Shown: positions 61,463 to 64,000 of the stretch, piece by piece
How positions within the stretch are numbered: the first letter of the stretch is position 1
How the letters are laid out: each line of letters begins with the position of its first letter
NCBI GenBank assembly: GCA_963703345.1
Contig: OY969814.1
Span: forward strand, 1,248,001 to 1,312,000
Reading direction: 5' to 3'
DNA: 64,000 nucleotides
Source of the DNA: an uncultured Chloroflexia bacterium
GTDB lineage: Bacteria > Chloroflexota > Dehalococcoidia > DSTF01 > JALHUB01
Translations under genes and position numbers: made by a program
Notes under the pieces: model-generated
Database searches by the model: none
Told to the model about the DNA's origin: nothing
What the model saw: the letters and a program-made list of their open reading frames with translations, nothing else

Positions 61463-61513
61463 GTTCGTCCTCTTTCCATCATCTTCTCCGCCGTGCGAGC
61501 CCTACCCGTGCCG

Positions 61514-62845
61514 TCACCGCGGCCGGAGGTGGGGCAGGCAGAAGCGGTTGGAGCAGTGGGTCACCTTCAGGTCGCCGTTGGTCGTGTCGTTGTAGCTGAT
61601 GAGCGGCAGGCCGTCCACGCCCACGGTCGCCGAGCTGTACTGGCCGACACCCGCGGTGTCGGCGTTGATGGAAATGGTGGCGGAGATGCAGTTCAAGTTG
61701 CTGCAGTGAGCCATCATAAGGTTGGTGCTAGTCGCGTCGTAGTAGCTGATGAGCCCCAGGCCGTCCGCGCCAATAGTCACCGAGGTGAACTGGCCTCTGT
61801 CGTTGGCGGTGTCGAGGTCGGTTATGGTGGCTGCGGTGCACGCCGCGTTGGAGCAGTGGGCCACCTTCAGGTCGGTCCCGTTGTAGTAGCTGATGAGCCC
61901 CAGGCCGTCCACGCCCACTGTCACCGAGGTGTACAAGCCGACGTTCCCGGTGCTGTCGACGGTGCTGATGGTGTGGCTGCTGCAGGTCAGATTGAGGCAG
62001 TAGGCCACCTTCAGGTCATTGTTGGTCACGTCGTAGTAGCTGATGAGCCCCAGGCCACCACCTGGGATCGCCGTTATCGAGGTGTACATGCCGACAAGCC
62101 CGGTGCTGTCGACGACGGAAATGGTGGCGGCGGTGCAGACCACGTTGGAGCAGTGGGCCACCTTCAGGTCGCCGTTGGTCGCGTCGAAGTAGCTGATGAG
62201 CCCATCGCCGTCGTAGCCAATGGTGACTGAGTTGTACGAGCCTACGGTGCCGGCGCTGTCGAGGGTGGAAATGGTGGCTGTGGTGCACGCCGCGTTGGAG
62301 CAGTGGGCAACCTTCAGGTCAGCGTTGGTCCCGTCGAAGTAGCTGATGAGCCCATAGCCGTCGGAGCCAATGGTGACCGAGGTCCACGCGCCGACGATGC
62401 CGGCGCTGTCGAGGGTGGTGATGGTGGCTGTGGTGCACGCCGCGTTGGAGCAGTGGGCAACCTTCAGGTCAGCGTTGGTCCCGTCGTAGTAGCTGATGAG
62501 CCCCAGGCCGTCCACACCCACCGTCGCCGAGGTGTACGTGCCGACGCTGCCGGCGCTGTCCAGCCTGGTAACGGAGAAGCCGGCGCGGCCGGTCGCAATC
62601 TGGCTTGCGTCCAGACCGTCGAGCTTGTCGGCGTCCAGGCCGGGCCAGGTGCCGGACGGCAGCTCTATCTGGCTGTAGGAGTGACCCGGGTTCGGCATGT
62701 CGGGGTTGGCCGACGGGTTTGCCGACGCTCTGTCAGCCACGAGCGAGCGGGCGCCCTGCGCCCCGACAAAGGCAATGGCAACTATGGCTACCGCCACACC
62801 CCAGGCCGCTGCCGCTCGGGTCCGTCTCAACAGGTGCGCTTTCAT
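61514..62845 (-). CDS. secreted protein with seven ~50-aa repeats (probable beta-propeller)
   Basis: Seven units of D..G.VG.YTS..G.DG.GLISYYD.TN.DLKVAHCSN..C; LDADKLDGLDA motif before the repeats. Confidence 0.85.
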   Translation of the reverse strand: MKAHLLRRTRAAAAWGVAVAIVAIAFVGAQGARSLVADRASANPSANPDMPNPGHSYSQIELPSGTWPGLDADKLDGLDASQIATGRAGFSVTRLDSAGSVGTYTSATVGVDGLGLISYYDGTNADLKVAHCSNAACTTATITTLDSAGIVGAWTSVTIGSDGYGLISYFDGTNADLKVAHCSNAACTTATISTLDSAGTVGSYNSVTIGYDGDGLISYFDATNGDLKVAHCSNVVCTAATISVVDSTGLVGMYTSITAIPGGGLGLISYYDVTNNDLKVAYCLNLTCSSHTISTVDSTGNVGLYTSVTVGVDGLGLISYYNGTDLKVAHCSNAACTAATITDLDTANDRGQFTSVTIGADGLGLISYYDATSTNLMMAHCSNLNCISATISINADTAGVGQYSSATVGVDGLPLISYNDTTNGDLKVTHCSNRFCLPHLRPR

Positions 62846-63373
62846 TTGACTACTCCTCTCGATTTGGCGGGATGACGACGATGACTGACGCAATTTGGAG
62901 GTTGGTATGAATGAGTTCAGAGGACGCCAGCCCTATGCGACGGTTGGCGCCGCCTGAGAACTACGATAGGACATTCATCGACTGGTAGGCGCCGCGCAAC
63001 CTCCCTGTTGGCGGGAACGCTAGAAAGCGGGGATTTGAGGGGTCAGCCACCAATGCGGCGATCGTACCACTGCCCTGACGTTTGTCAACTTCTCTGTAGG
63101 GTGCCAGATAGGACATGGGTGAGCAGCCCGTAGTCAGTCATTGGGAGCCCTATGGGCCGTAGTGCGGCGAGGCGATGCGGATTCGAGGCCAGTCGACCGC
63201 GTATAATTGCGGTTATGTGGATTCGCAGGTTCCGCGCTTGACGGCTCCGAGTGGGGGGTCGTCAGTCGTGTTCAACATCTATGGAAGTGTTACCTGGCCC
63301 CATTCAGGGCATAGCTTGAGACAACCCCCCGCTCGGCGCAGGCGCGCTTGACGATGGCGACGAACAGGCGGCC

Positions 63374-63694
63374 CTACAAGTGGTCGACCACCTCACCCAC
63401 CAAGAGGATAGCGCAGAAGACCAAGACAATGAGCGCAAGAAACACTAGTACCGCCCGCTCGCCGCGGCGGGCGACGGCGACGGCTGCGGTTACGCCCGCG
63501 AGCGCGCCGACCAGGAGCCCGATGAAGCCCACCCGTGGGGACCACGGCAACCAGTGGTCCGAGGCTGCGAGAGCGACCCCCGGCAAGAAGAGCGCCGCGA
63601 ACGGTATCAAGAGCCGAACCGCCCACCAGCCAAGCGGCGTGCGAGGCAGCAGATGAGTCCTTGAGCGGCGACGGCGTGTCGGCGTGCTTTCCAC
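63374..63694 (-). CDS. small membrane protein
   Basis: Three hydrophobic segments; LLPRTPLGWW and RRGERAVLV motifs. Confidence 0.6.
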   Translation of the reverse strand: MESTPTRRRRSRTHLLPRTPLGWWAVRLLIPFAALFLPGVALAASDHWLPWSPRVGFIGLLVGALAGVTAAVAVARRGERAVLVFLALIVLVFCAILLVGEVVDHL

Positions 63695-63701
63695 GCGACC
63701 A

Positions 63702-64000
63702 CTATCTCTGCTGGCCCTCGTTGGCGCAAGAGCCTGACGACGCGAAACGGCTGGCGTACAAGGGGTGGCTGACAGCGACGGGGATACCCCTGTCGCCGCA
63801 CGCGCGCTTGACGATGGCGACGAAAAGGGCCCCTCTGGACTTCCGTATCTTGCCCTCGTGTACCGCTCGTTTCACTAGGCTCAGAGCTTCGAAGATGATG
63901 TCCTTCGGTACGGTCGACGCTAGACGGCGGTAGTATCCCTCGCTCTCCACGTCTCCAAGAGTCGATAGCATCTCGTCCAGCAGATAACTCTGCTCGTCCT
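63702..64000 (-). CDS. C-terminus of a protein running in from beyond the window, possibly a replication initiator
   Basis: Frame open to the window edge: DEQSYLLDEMLSTLGD...YYRRLA...IIFEALS..K...KIRKSRGALFVAIVK. Confidence 0.4.
   Translation of the reverse strand, partial: DEQSYLLDEMLSTLGDVESEGYYRRLASTVPKDIIFEALSLVKRAVHEGKIRKSRGALFVAIVKRACGDRGIPVAVSHPLYASRFASSGSCANEGQQR

Larger units (their letters stand above)
60654..64000. mobile_element. edge of a putative genomic island integrated in tRNA-Gly (continues beyond the window)
   Basis: Bounded by the tRNA-Gly 3' fragment plus a terminator; accessory surface genes and a possible Rep C-terminus. Confidence 0.5.

Overview
High-GC bacterial chromosome segment. 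Gene content and the style of the secreted proteins suggest Chloroflexota, probably Dehalococcoidia-like (inference, no database search run). The core part is a minus-strand rRNA operon with the order 16S, tRNA-Ile, tRNA-Ala, 23S, tRNA-fMet, 5S, then tRNA-Val(TAC), plus tilS, a FtsB/DivIC-like gene, clpC (one frameshift), rpsA with a long 15-aa repeat tail, and metabolic, signalling and surface-protein genes. The most striking feature is at 4833-11685, directly downstream of the intact tRNA-Val: five tandem units of 0.8-2.6 kb. Each unit is delimited by the 3' 45 nt of tRNA-Val (cut exactly at the anticodon loop) fused to a conserved arm of about 100 bp, and each carries different cargo (lipoprotein, hemerythrin, acidic repeat protein, small protein, USP/HTH/DUF1330). 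No integrase is visible in the window, so this looks like a tRNA-anchored, integron-like array of non-autonomous gene cassettes. A 3' tRNA-Gly fragment at 60608 marks the likely edge of a second integrated element that runs off the right end. Other items: a duplicated structured RNA-like leader, a GmrSD defence gene, a duplicated YggT-like plus micropeptide module around an ice-binding-domain gene, and several gene remnants. All product calls come from motif recognition by eye.
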